A stretch of DNA of 64,000 nt from an uncultured Candidatus Saccharibacteria bacterium. GTDB taxonomy: Bacteria; Patescibacteriota; Minisyncoccia; Phycocordibacterales; UBA6899. The notes beneath the pieces were generated by a model. That model saw only the letters and a list, made by a program, of their open reading frames with translations, did no database searches and had not been told where the DNA came from. The number at the start of each line of letters is the position of its first letter. The stretch's first letter is position 1. Positions 1-9,343 of the stretch are shown here, one piece after another. A program made the translations under genes and the position numbers. The DNA lies in contig CAYLUP010000002.1 of assembly GCA_964386905.1 (NCBI GenBank), positions 64,522 to 128,521 of the forward strand. The letters are read 5' to 3'.

Positions 1-1
1 T

Positions 2-3000
2 ACGTATCGGTATAAACCATCAGCACCACAGCAGGCAGAGACGGTGCGGTATTACGGAGTCCAGGGGACGGCTAACCCTGGCACTGCATCGACAACACCT
101 ACTGCAACAACAGTGTCAATCGCAAACACTGGTGCTGAGGTGAAGAATGCATGGTATCGCATACAGACACCAGCGTCTCGCACATCAAATATGAGTGTGT
201 TTGCTGATATTGGAGGCACAACGAGTGTCGGGCAAACATATCAGTTTACTGCACTCGCGACACCAGTTCGTGCGGGGAGAATGTCTACGATTGTCCACGA
301 TTTGTCGTCGCAATCAGCCGCGATCCAACCGGGCACGTCTATTAGTTTTTCTTATAAGTTTTCTGCGACGGGGAATGCGCCCTCCGCTTCAGAACTTTTT
401 GTTACATTTGTTTGGGATGGAGATATTGGAAGCGCAAAAACAAAAACTGCAGTGTATGCTGCATCACAACCCAACGTTGGTCTTGCAACTGCAAACCTCT
501 ATTACAACAGAACGGTAAAAATTACTTTTCCAGAACACGGAGCAAAAACACTCCATTCTTCTTATCTTTCTACTATTCTTCACCGCTCAGATACAACCGT
601 AAGTGCATCGGGGGCTATCTATATGAATGTAACATCGAATGTTGGGATTGCTATTAATGATACGAGTAATTCTGGCCGATCAATTACTTCATATCTTCTT
701 GCCCCAATCTCCGAGGAGGCGCTGCTTGGTTCTGTTGGGTTTGCATCTGAAAAGCACAGTATTAGTATTTCGCAGCGCATATCTGTTGCCGATCGCGCGT
801 TGTTCTCAAATGAAATCATTGTCACATATACTGCTATGTCCGAGGTTTTTGGAAAAAAACCTGAGCGACAAGTGCGTACTGTGGAGTATGTGTTTGGGGG
901 AGGAACTTCTGTCTCAACATATGCATCGAATATTTTTTCTTACGTTGGTTCTGGGTGGACCTCGACATCAAAGCCAAGTGGTGCAGGAACACGAAGGGTG
1001 GTAAAAATTCCTGGGACAAACGTACGTGTTGTTCATGCATACGTTGATGTTGAGTTTCAGACAACCTCATCGGTAAATATTACGGGGATAGACCTCCTTG
1101 GGGATGTAACATTGCCTGCAAGTGCACGTTCGCTCACAGATATCCGCCTCGACCAGGCGCAGCCGCAGGCTATTTCATATACGACTGGTGGGCAGACTGC
1201 GCTTCGAAGACAGATCAAAGTGACGCCATTGCTTTCCCAGGCATCTCCTGCAGATCTTGCTATTGGAGTAGAAATGCTTTTTGGGCTTAATGTCGTCGGC
1301 CCTACTCGCGCACTCTCCTCTATGAAGTTGGTCGTTACGTATGAAAGTGAGCTCGACTTCAACGCTATTGGAGGTGTTGAGGAGATAAAAACAGTACGAT
1401 TTCCACTAAACTCAACTACCGGTACGCGTGGGACACAGGGCGCGGTGTGTAACGCTGCTTCCTGCACCTTCACTTATACTCCAATCATGCCAGATTTGGC
1501 ACAAGTGGCTGATATTGAATCTGTTCATTTTGAGGTGGTGTCTACGTTAGCCGCAAATACAAACAGTAATCTTGCAATGCAAATTGCTGGAGGCACATTG
1601 TCATCCGCCTTTCCATGGGCTGAAGGAACAACGAACATCACTAACATGCGTTTTTTGTGGTCTCCGCCCGTTGGGGGCTCAGACTTCAATGTCGGGGTAC
1701 AACAGACGCTTGATATACGGAGGGCCGCCGGAGCATTATATGGTGTTGGTGGTGAGGTTGTTGTAACGTATCGCTATAATGGATACGCTCCCGTGCAAAC
1801 AGAAACCATTTCATATGCATTGGGCCAGACAACTGCTGCAGCCCAGGTTGGGTCATTTGGGACAACGAATGTGGTGATCGCAAACAAAGATGTTGCCGCT
1901 CAGAATGTTTGGATCAAAGCACAGCATGCTATCTATGCTCCAGGAACGATTACATTGAATGCAACAGTTGGCGCCGGGGCACAACGTTCACAGGCGTATG
2001 CATACAACTTCACCGACACAACTCGTGCGACTGGTGTCGCAACAACATACCTTGATCTCTCTGTCACGGATGCGGCAAATGTGAGCAGTTCAACGAACGT
2101 GACTGCAGGGTACTCCTATGCTGCGGCAACGAATCTCCCAAGCAGTATCAATGCAGAGCTCTATGTGACCTTTACGTGGTCTGGTGCAAAAGGAGGTCCG
2201 ATGACTCGCACGGCCTTGTATTCTGCCGCGCAGCCAGGAGTGCACGCAATTGCAAACAGGGAGCGATATGCACATACACCCATAACTATTCCAAAGTATG
2301 TTTCAAGTACATTTCATGATGCACGCATGATGATGTACACCCTACACAGCGGTGCGGCAAGTGGTGGTACGACAATTACTCATGGCACACTCACGGGAAA
2401 GCTCAAGGGGACTATTTTGTCCTTTACAACAAACGGAGATAGGGAGGCGCATAATAACACCATGCTGATAAAAGCGACCCCGGATGCACTTTTTGGCACA
2501 TCAACGCCAGAAAGCGGAGGATACGAAATGTCGTATCGGCAACTCGCAAGTGTCGCACAGCGCTTTGCGATATCTGGTGTGATTGGATTAACATATACAG
2601 AACAGCACGAATACCAGCAACCTACATTCGTGCAGAAAGGATTTCGTTTATATGTCAATAACAATGCATTGTTACCAGATGACCCGTGGTCTCTTGGCGC
2701 TCCTGATTTGGCAGAGAATGCAGAAATGACACTTCTTTCGCGACCAGTACGAAAAGGTGAGTTCATTCGATTGCGTATGAATATGCAGATTGGAACAACG
2801 ACATTGAATGCATCAACGTATCGCTTTCGACTCCAATACGGAGAGAAGGTCACGAGTTGTTCTGCCGTATCACAGTGGACGAATGTCGATGGCCCCGCTG
2901 GGGCGTCGATATGGAGAGGGAAGAATAGTCCACCAACTGCTGGCGCAGTGCTTAGTACAAACCCACCAGGTTTAGGTGAGCTCATCCTTTCTGCATCAAA

Positions 3001-4240
3001 TAGGGCAGGAACGTATGAGGAAGGAGGTGTTTCTGCACTGAATCCTTATGATGTTGCTGTTGGTGAATATGTGGAATACGATTGGAATATTGAACATAAT
3101 GGAGCGACGAAAGATACTGCATATTGTTTTCGTATGATTGAAGACAACGGAGATACATTCCTCTCGTATGCATATTACCCTGTGGTTATTGCTGCACCAT
3201 ATACTCCAGAAACAACAGACTGGCGGTGGTATGATGATTTTGGTACGACTCCTCTTGCACTCAAGAATACCGCACCATCGAGTGTTGAAAATGGAGAAAT
3301 TGTGAAATTGCGTATTGGCGTTAAGGATGTTGCCAATGAATCAGATGTTAACCTGCGCTTTGCGGTGCAATGGAGCGTTGATCCAACATTTGGCCGCGGA
3401 TCGACATTCGTGACACCACAGGGTGAATGTACGCCATACAGTACTTTTTGTTATGCAGATGGGGTTGGGGCAGATGACGCATCCCTCCCATCGTCATTGC
3501 TCTCTGGGTTGACACTTGGACGTTATAACGAAGCTACAAGTACTTCGACATTTAGCCCGGGCGCATTGAGCCATATCGAAATGGAGTATGCAATTAAACC
3601 TGTTCGTCAGAGAACAGGACAAGTATATTTCTTCCGTCTCTTTGATACAAAGCGAAATATTCCTGTTGTCTATAATAGCGGATATAGCTACCCATCATTT
3701 GTTGCTGAAGGGGCGACGCTCGGTGTATCAGTATCTGGAGTTAACGCAGGCGTCTCCATCGCTGGGTATACGACCTCAGCAACAACGACAGCGACAGAAC
3801 TTCCGTTTGGACTCTTGGAATTTGATACTTCTGGCATTTTGGCACACCAATTGAATATCCGTTCTAACGCTGCAGAGGGATTTCGCGTTGGTGTACGGTC
3901 GACAGATGACTTGAGAAACTCACTCGGAGAAACGATGTCTGCAATTACGCATCCGAATATAACCCCGGGCGTGTGGGAAAGTGGATGTTTGGCCTCCTTT
4001 GCAGGGTGTTTTGGGTACCATACAACAGATTCGACGTTATTTGGTGACTCAAGTCGCTTCGCTCCAAATCTTTGGGCGGGGATGTCTTCCACAACAGCAG
4101 AGGAAATCGCATTTAATGATATCCCAAACAACACTGTAGGTGAAAATATTGATGTACTCTATCGCATTGAGCCACATACACATGCGCTCGCGGGTGAATA
4201 TACGACTGATTTAATCTATATTGTGACACCAGTGTACTAA
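2..4240 (+). CDS. Giant secreted surface/adhesin protein, C-terminal part (5'-truncated); beta-rich repeats and a C-terminal WxL/pilin-like domain
   Basis: Frame is open from position 2 (TYRYKPSAPQQAETVRYY), so GTG 44 is not the true start. T/S/A/G-rich with an internal 588-aa repeat. C-terminus ...AGEYTTDLIYIVTPVY is homologous to that of 7064-8224. Confidence 0.85.
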   Translation, partial: TYRYKPSAPQQAETVRYYGVQGTANPGTASTTPTATTVSIANTGAEVKNAWYRIQTPASRTSNMSVFADIGGTTSVGQTYQFTALATPVRAGRMSTIVHDLSSQSAAIQPGTSISFSYKFSATGNAPSASELFVTFVWDGDIGSAKTKTAVYAASQPNVGLATANLYYNRTVKITFPEHGAKTLHSSYLSTILHRSDTTVSASGAIYMNVTSNVGIAINDTSNSGRSITSYLLAPISEEALLGSVGFASEKHSISISQRISVADRALFSNEIIVTYTAMSEVFGKKPERQVRTVEYVFGGGTSVSTYASNIFSYVGSGWTSTSKPSGAGTRRVVKIPGTNVRVVHAYVDVEFQTTSSVNITGIDLLGDVTLPASARSLTDIRLDQAQPQAISYTTGGQTALRRQIKVTPLLSQASPADLAIGVEMLFGLNVVGPTRALSSMKLVVTYESELDFNAIGGVEEIKTVRFPLNSTTGTRGTQGAVCNAASCTFTYTPIMPDLAQVADIESVHFEVVSTLAANTNSNLAMQIAGGTLSSAFPWAEGTTNITNMRFLWSPPVGGSDFNVGVQQTLDIRRAAGALYGVGGEVVVTYRYNGYAPVQTETISYALGQTTAAAQVGSFGTTNVVIANKDVAAQNVWIKAQHAIYAPGTITLNATVGAGAQRSQAYAYNFTDTTRATGVATTYLDLSVTDAANVSSSTNVTAGYSYAAATNLPSSINAELYVTFTWSGAKGGPMTRTALYSAAQPGVHAIANRERYAHTPITIPKYVSSTFHDARMMMYTLHSGAASGGTTITHGTLTGKLKGTILSFTTNGDREAHNNTMLIKATPDALFGTSTPESGGYEMSYRQLASVAQRFAISGVIGLTYTEQHEYQQPTFVQKGFRLYVNNNALLPDDPWSLGAPDLAENAEMTLLSRPVRKGEFIRLRMNMQIGTTTLNASTYRFRLQYGEKVTSCSAVSQWTNVDGPAGASIWRGKNSPPTAGAVLSTNPPGLGELILSASNRAGTYEEGGVSALNPYDVAVGEYVEYDWNIEHNGATKDTAYCFRMIEDNGDTFLSYAYYPVVIAAPYTPETTDWRWYDDFGTTPLALKNTAPSSVENGEIVKLRIGVKDVANESDVNLRFAVQWSVDPTFGRGSTFVTPQGECTPYSTFCYADGVGADDASLPSSLLSGLTLGRYNEATSTSTFSPGALSHIEMEYAIKPVRQRTGQVYFFRLFDTKRNIPVVYNSGYSYPSFVAEGATLGVSVSGVNAGVSIAGYTTSATTTATELPFGLLEFDTSGILAHQLNIRSNAAEGFRVGVRSTDDLRNSLGETMSAITHPNITPGVWESGCLASFAGCFGYHTTDSTLFGDSSRFAPNLWAGMSSTTAEEIAFNDIPNNTVGENIDVLYRIEPHTHALAGEYTTDLIYIVTPVY

Positions 4241-4266
4241 AAACTCTCCCAGAAGGGAGGGTTTTT
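4239..4266 (+). terminator. Rho-independent terminator
   Basis: aaaactctccc-agaa-gggagggttttt right after the stop codon. Confidence 0.75.
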
Positions 4267-4270
4267 AGTT

Positions 4271-4419
4271 GGTGGGAGATGGGATAAGGGGTAGAGGGTA
4301 TGGGATAAGAAGAGGAGCGTATTTATATTTTGTTTAACACAGCGTGCTAATTGCGCCCATTGGAACGTTCTTTTTCACAGAGAACATTACCCATCAGCCA
4401 TACCCACTACCCCATACCC
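4271..4419. repeat. Inverted pair of degenerate ~7-bp-period G-tract/C-tract arrays
   Basis: gggagatgggataaggggtagagggtatggg (4274-4304) and complementary-type cccatcagccatacccactaccccataccc (4390-4419). Confidence 0.65.
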
Positions 4420-4486
4420 TGCACTCTCGTGAGGTCTGTGGAAAAGTGGCGAAGAATAAGCATTATTTGGTGTATACTGAATGGAG

Positions 4487-5656
4487 GTGAAGTATCCAAA
4501 AACTCTCAACAAGTTGCCGATCACTTTCATGTCTCTGGGTGTATTCCTACTCCCATTTTTTGCATATGCGGCCCCATTTTCTCTTTCTCCGAAGGTCATA
4601 GATATTAAAGGTCGCGTTCGTGAGATTAGTCACCATGGTATTACCGTCAAAAATAACACTGAGGCATTGAGGAATATTTTTGTATGGGTTGTGGATGTTG
4701 ATCAAGCAAAAGGAGATTTATCCGATAAGGACATGAGTGGAGCAAATCAAAATGATGTTGTTACAAGCCCTGCCCGATGGATTGACATTCCTCGATCCAA
4801 TGAAGTGCTGCCAAAAGAAGAACAGACTATCCCTCTGCAGATTCAGATTCCCGGACAAGCAAAGCCAGGCATCTATCACGTCTCAGTGAAGTTTGCATCA
4901 GGTGAAACTCAATCTGCTGCGATGAAATGCAAGGAATGCACAGAAGAAGTTTCTCTGAATATTGAGGTCACTGAGGACATTCGTGAAAAACTTCAGTTGT
5001 ATGCATTCACGACTGCAAAAGATGTCTTCCTCAATCCAAAAGCAGATTTTACGTTTTCTGTTGAGAACACTGGAAATAAAGCCGTTGTGCCGAATGGAAA
5101 AATTCGTATTTTTAATAACATCGGAAAAGAAGTTGGTTTGATTGACGTGAATGGGGAAGGGAAACAAATTGACCCGAAGTCAAAAGAGCTTCTTGCTGCA
5201 ACATGGGCCGCGGGTGGAAAGTTTGGAAAGTATAAGGCTATGCTCGACGTGAGTTATGGACAACGGGGGACAATGCAGGATGTGGTCTACTTTTGGGTGA
5301 TTCCGTGGACGAAGCTGTTTGGCTTTATGTTCACATTGCTCTTAGGCGGAATTATCATCATGCTTTTCATTCGCACACGGACCCTGGCTCAGCCTGCATA
5401 TGCAAGGTCTTATAGTGAACCTACGCCGACAGAGAAAAATGACGAGCTTGTAATGACGCCTCGTCTGGAGAAAAAAACGGCATTTGAGAAAAAGCCTGTT
5501 CGTCTAGATGATGTCCTACTGCAATCAAAAACGCGTACACTAACGGAGGTGAATCTCCCTCCTCGAACACGAACTGTACCGCCCCAGGATTTCTCTGTAG
5601 CCCTAGAGACAAAAAAGGCAACGCCGACTGAATATCATATTGTGCGATTAAAATAG
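4487..5656 (+). CDS. DUF916/PapD-like Ig-fold membrane-anchored protein (WxL-interacting/chaperone-like)
   Basis: Signal peptide (AYA-A), LSPKVIDI, VKNNT, WI..P, IQIPGQAKPGIY, VENTGN...P.GKI.I.N..G, W......GKY.A.L motifs, C-terminal TM and basic tail. TATACT at 4473-4478 favours GTG 4487 over ATG 4481. Confidence 0.75.
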   Translation: MKYPKTLNKLPITFMSLGVFLLPFFAYAAPFSLSPKVIDIKGRVREISHHGITVKNNTEALRNIFVWVVDVDQAKGDLSDKDMSGANQNDVVTSPARWIDIPRSNEVLPKEEQTIPLQIQIPGQAKPGIYHVSVKFASGETQSAAMKCKECTEEVSLNIEVTEDIREKLQLYAFTTAKDVFLNPKADFTFSVENTGNKAVVPNGKIRIFNNIGKEVGLIDVNGEGKQIDPKSKELLAATWAAGGKFGKYKAMLDVSYGQRGTMQDVVYFWVIPWTKLFGFMFTLLLGGIIIMLFIRTRTLAQPAYARSYSEPTPTEKNDELVMTPRLEKKTAFEKKPVRLDDVLLQSKTRTLTEVNLPPRTRTVPPQDFSVALETKKATPTEYHIVRLK

Positions 5657-5657
5657 A

Positions 5658-6788
5658 ATGATGTATCGTCTTTCTCTTCAATACTCAATACTCTATACGA
5701 CCATAATGAGTCTCATTATGGTCGTTCTCCTATATCCCACCTTCGGGGAAGCATCTCTTGGTTCAGGTTTCTCTGTTGAGCCTGCGGTTATACACGTATC
5801 TGTTGCGGAAGATACACTTTTTTCTTCAGCGTTTACACTCAAGAACCTGGAAGCACAGCCCGTCTCAGTATCCATTCGTGTTGCAGATTTTGAGCCACTC
5901 GACTCTGGGGTAGGGGTTCGAGAGTTTGATCATCGTGTCGGGCCCGATGACCCTCTTTTTGCATCTTCTTGGGTTGCTTATCCAAAAGAGACGCTCACTC
6001 TTGCTCCAAAAAAGAAACTTTCCGTCCCATTTTCTATCCGCGTACCGAAAGACGCTGTTCCTGGTGGTAAATCAATTACATTTGTCGTAGAGACTATTGG
6101 GGGGAATGTGCATTCTCGTATGTATGTCCTATGCTTTTTGAATATTCCGGGGGATGCGCGCGAGCTCCTCACTATTGAAGATCTGTCATTTGGGTCACCA
6201 GTATACAATGCACCTCACGGACGCGTGTCTATCCAACTAAAAAATGATGGTGACACGCATATCCGTCCAGAGGGTGTTGTTGTTATTCGAAATATGTTTG
6301 GTGTTGAACGAGGGAGATACATGCTTTCCCATACCGATGCTGTTGGCACATTGGTTCCTGGGGCAAGGCGGACGATAGAGTATCTTTGGGTGGGAGATTC
6401 TGGCCTCTTTGACTTTGGACTATGGAATGCGCGGTTGACACTCACCTATGGAAATGGAAATACCCATGAAGTTTCTGCGCGAGCTTTCATGCTCTTGTTC
6501 CCCGTTCTACCCATGGCGCTCTTTGTGCTCACCATGGGTTCGTCACTTTTCATTGTCATGCGTTCTGTGCACACACTAAAACGAGAGCTTCGTCAATACA
6601 CGCATATCCCTTTTTCGGAACATGAGCATAGCATCATAGAACGACAGGCGAGTATGCGTCTTCTTGTCGTCCCGCTCCTCGCAGGCATCACATTGATTCT
6701 GATTATTGGTTTTACTCTCATTTCGTTTCTGGGAAATCAAGACGCAGGGAAGCTGGAGCGTGTACAAAAAATATACACGAGAGAATAA
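5658..6788 (+). CDS. Second DUF916/DUF3324-like membrane-anchored protein
   Basis: VEPAVI, LKNLE, ASSWV, IRVPKDAVPGG, LKNDGDTHIRPEG motifs; two C-terminal TM segments; translationally coupled to the upstream gene. Confidence 0.75.
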   Translation: MMYRLSLQYSILYTTIMSLIMVVLLYPTFGEASLGSGFSVEPAVIHVSVAEDTLFSSAFTLKNLEAQPVSVSIRVADFEPLDSGVGVREFDHRVGPDDPLFASSWVAYPKETLTLAPKKKLSVPFSIRVPKDAVPGGKSITFVVETIGGNVHSRMYVLCFLNIPGDARELLTIEDLSFGSPVYNAPHGRVSIQLKNDGDTHIRPEGVVVIRNMFGVERGRYMLSHTDAVGTLVPGARRTIEYLWVGDSGLFDFGLWNARLTLTYGNGNTHEVSARAFMLLFPVLPMALFVLTMGSSLFIVMRSVHTLKRELRQYTHIPFSEHEHSIIERQASMRLLVVPLLAGITLILIIGFTLISFLGNQDAGKLERVQKIYTRE

Positions 6789-6810
6789 AAGACCCAGAGA
6801 GGTCTTTTTT
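6787..6810 (+). terminator. Rho-independent terminator
   Basis: aaaagacc-cagaga-ggtctttttt. Confidence 0.7.
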
Positions 6811-6876
6811 GTTGAGTTATACACAGAGAAGTGTTGGTTGTCCACAGGATATCCATGATGTTGTACACATATATAG

Positions 6877-7063
6877 TATAATAAACACAGGAGGAGTTCC
6901 TCCGTCGGGTGATTCGCGTCGTCCGAGGCAAATAAGTTTTGCGGGTTTTCCATTTTCCATAGCGCACTTGCGTTATGTCACAAGGCAACTTGTGCCCCCA
7001 CACTTATAGGCCGGGTGTCTCTCCCACAGAGCCACCCCAATTCTGCTTTGCAGAAAAGAAAAC
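6877..7063 (+). promoter_or_regulatory. -10 box plus a long, highly structured 5' leader of the putative major subunit gene
   Basis: TATAAT at 6877-6882 followed by about 7 consecutive hairpins, including cacaag-GCAA-cttgtg. Confidence 0.55.
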
Positions 7064-8224
7064 ATGAATTATACAAAAGCATTTGCTTATTTGCGTGATC
7101 AAAAAGCATTTACTGCATTTTTGACTACTCTCGTTGTTATTGGTTCTTTTTCAGTTGTATTTGCAGCAAAGACTGCACGTGCAGACATCTTTGCATTCGA
7201 TAATGCAAGCGACAAGCTTTCAGATGCGAGCACAGGATCAACTGCAACTCACCTTGTGAGCTTCAGTCCTGGTGCAGAAAACGGTGGTATTCCTATGGGA
7301 AATGGCGGAAGTGCCCTTCCTATTGTTATGACGTTTACCGGCTTCACAGCACCAGTTGCAGTTGTTGATACAGATATTTCTATTACTGGCGCAACATACA
7401 TTAATACTGGTGCATGTGATGCTGGCGCAGCTGACCAAATTCGTTTCGTGGGCGCAACTAGTGGATTAAATCCTGCTGTGTCGCTCGAGCTCTGTGATGG
7501 TGATACTATTGCAACTACCGAAACAGTGGCAATCACTATCGGTAATGCAAAATTAGTAAACCCAGGAGCAATCGGTTCGTATAATGTAAACATTAGCGCA
7601 GTTGGTGCTACTGATACATTTGAATCAGACATCCTTGTTGCTATCGTTGATAAGGTTCGTGTTCGTGCAGCAGTTGATCCAATCTTTGCGTTTACTGTTT
7701 CTGGCGTGAATGCTGGAACAGCAATTCCATCTGTTGGAAATACTGGTGTAACAACAACTCCTTCAACAATTGACTTTGGTACACTTGCTTCAGGGACTCC
7801 AGTGCTTGCAGCACAAACACTCCAGGTGCGCACCAATGCAAACCAGGGATACAATGTTTATGCTCGCACAGACTCTGAATTCCAGTCAGCAAACGGTGCT
7901 ATTATTGATGGTTTTGCACTTGGAACACCAGCCCCATCTGCATGGGAAAGGCCAGCGGCTTTAATTGGTGATGATCGAACATGGGGACATTTTGGTCTTT
8001 CAAGCACAGACCTTTCTGCAACAGCATTTACTGTAGCAAACACCTGGGTAGGTAATTTTATTGATAACCCAGATGGCGTAAGCATCATGTCTGGCGCACG
8101 TCCTGTTGATGCTGCAAATCAGGGAACAGCTTCAGTTCTTTATCAGACTGAAATCACTGATCTCCAGGAAGCAGCAACTGACTATAAGACTGATATCATC
8201 TACGTAGCTACCCCTACGTTCTAA
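7064..8224 (+). CDS. Secreted protein with C-terminal WxL/pilin-like domain (putative major fibre subunit)
   Basis: Signal peptide (ARA-D), TIDFGTL, VRTNANQGYNV and YKTDIIYVATPTF motifs; own promoter and terminator. Confidence 0.7.
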   Translation: MNYTKAFAYLRDQKAFTAFLTTLVVIGSFSVVFAAKTARADIFAFDNASDKLSDASTGSTATHLVSFSPGAENGGIPMGNGGSALPIVMTFTGFTAPVAVVDTDISITGATYINTGACDAGAADQIRFVGATSGLNPAVSLELCDGDTIATTETVAITIGNAKLVNPGAIGSYNVNISAVGATDTFESDILVAIVDKVRVRAAVDPIFAFTVSGVNAGTAIPSVGNTGVTTTPSTIDFGTLASGTPVLAAQTLQVRTNANQGYNVYARTDSEFQSANGAIIDGFALGTPAPSAWERPAALIGDDRTWGHFGLSSTDLSATAFTVANTWVGNFIDNPDGVSIMSGARPVDAANQGTASVLYQTEITDLQEAATDYKTDIIYVATPTF

Positions 8225-8239
8225 GACAAAATAAGCAAG

Positions 8240-8268
8240 AAAACCACCTCCGCGAAGGGGTGGTTTTT
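8240..8268 (+). terminator. Rho-independent terminator
   Basis: aaaaccacctc-cgcgaa-ggggtggttttt. Confidence 0.75.
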
Positions 8269-8304
8269 GCATGCAAAAAGTTTCATTTATGTTACTCTTG
8301 GTAT

Positions 8305-9321
8305 ATGCAAGAAGCAAGACAATTTGCGGAAAGATTTAGGCAGTGGAAACAGCAGGTGGCGGAAAAACTCCATGAGTCTATGTCAGAAAGGGGATTACCG
8401 TTTCAATTCGCCCCTCATTTTTCAGGTGTCGCCTCCTATGAACTTCTTCATGCCGACAAGAGCGTCGAAGTCTATACGTTGCAAGAAGTTTTAGGTACAG
8501 AAGGGGTGGGGGACGTATGTATGAATCTTCTTGAAAGCGCGTTTTTTCCAACCCCACGAAATGCATTTGAACAAGAATCACATCGTCAGCTTGGTTCAGG
8601 AATAATCGTGTATGTACAACCATCTCTCGATGAACAAGGGAATTTATTGGAACAACACCTGAAGCTGGAAACGCAACTTCCTGAAAAGAGTTCATCAGAT
8701 ATGTTTATTGTCATAGTGAAATCCGGAGCAAAATTTGCTTTGGAACATCAATATGCAGGGGGAACATTGCAATCACTTCTTTCGAGAACGTGTATCATCG
8801 TTCTTGAGGAAGGTGCGTATGTGCGATATATTGCGCGTGTTGAACCCCATGCTGGTTCAATCGTTGAACGTGAGGTGCACTGCGTTTCTCATACTTCACA
8901 CGAACTCGTTGGGCGCATTCTTTCACCCAGTGATACCTATGGGTTATGGAGTCTTGTTCACCTTCTCGGCGATGGAGCACATGGAACTGTTGAAACCGTA
9001 TGTCTTTCAAAGCCTGATACGCGTATTGATATAGGGCAGTATGTCCGCACGCTTGTCCCTGAAGCACACGAGTCGATACGAACATATATTGCAGGAAATG
9101 AGGGGGCGGACATTCATTACGCAAGTTCCATTGATGGTCATTCGGATAATAAAGATAGTACCGATGAATTGTGGATTGAAGAACAGAAGGGGAAAGTAGA
9201 ACGAGATGAGTCAAAAAGCCATATTCTTCGCCACGAAACACCTGTAGGCACGCATGCCCACGAGAACATTTCTGATGCATTCAGCCTTTCTGAAACACAA
9301 ACACGAATGCGAAAACAATAA
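8305..9321 (+). CDS. Divergent SufB/SufD-family beta-helix protein
   Basis: IVKSGAKF, IVLEEGAYVRY and VHLLGDGAHG are SufD-like strands; extended -10 TGtTACTCT 6 nt before ATG 8305. Confidence 0.55.
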   Translation: MQEARQFAERFRQWKQQVAEKLHESMSERGLPFQFAPHFSGVASYELLHADKSVEVYTLQEVLGTEGVGDVCMNLLESAFFPTPRNAFEQESHRQLGSGIIVYVQPSLDEQGNLLEQHLKLETQLPEKSSSDMFIVIVKSGAKFALEHQYAGGTLQSLLSRTCIIVLEEGAYVRYIARVEPHAGSIVEREVHCVSHTSHELVGRILSPSDTYGLWSLVHLLGDGAHGTVETVCLSKPDTRIDIGQYVRTLVPEAHESIRTYIAGNEGADIHYASSIDGHSDNKDSTDELWIEEQKGKVERDESKSHILRHETPVGTHAHENISDAFSLSETQTRMRKQ

Positions 9322-9343
9322 AAAACACCTTTTGGTGTTTTTT
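9320..9343. terminator. Bidirectional terminator
   Basis: aaaaaacacc-tttt-ggtgtttttt between convergent genes. Confidence 0.75.

Noticed and set aside
6886-7063. c-di-GMP-I or other known riboswitch
   Set aside because: GGCAAA and a GNRA loop are present, but the conserved P1/P2 and tetraloop-receptor arrangement is not
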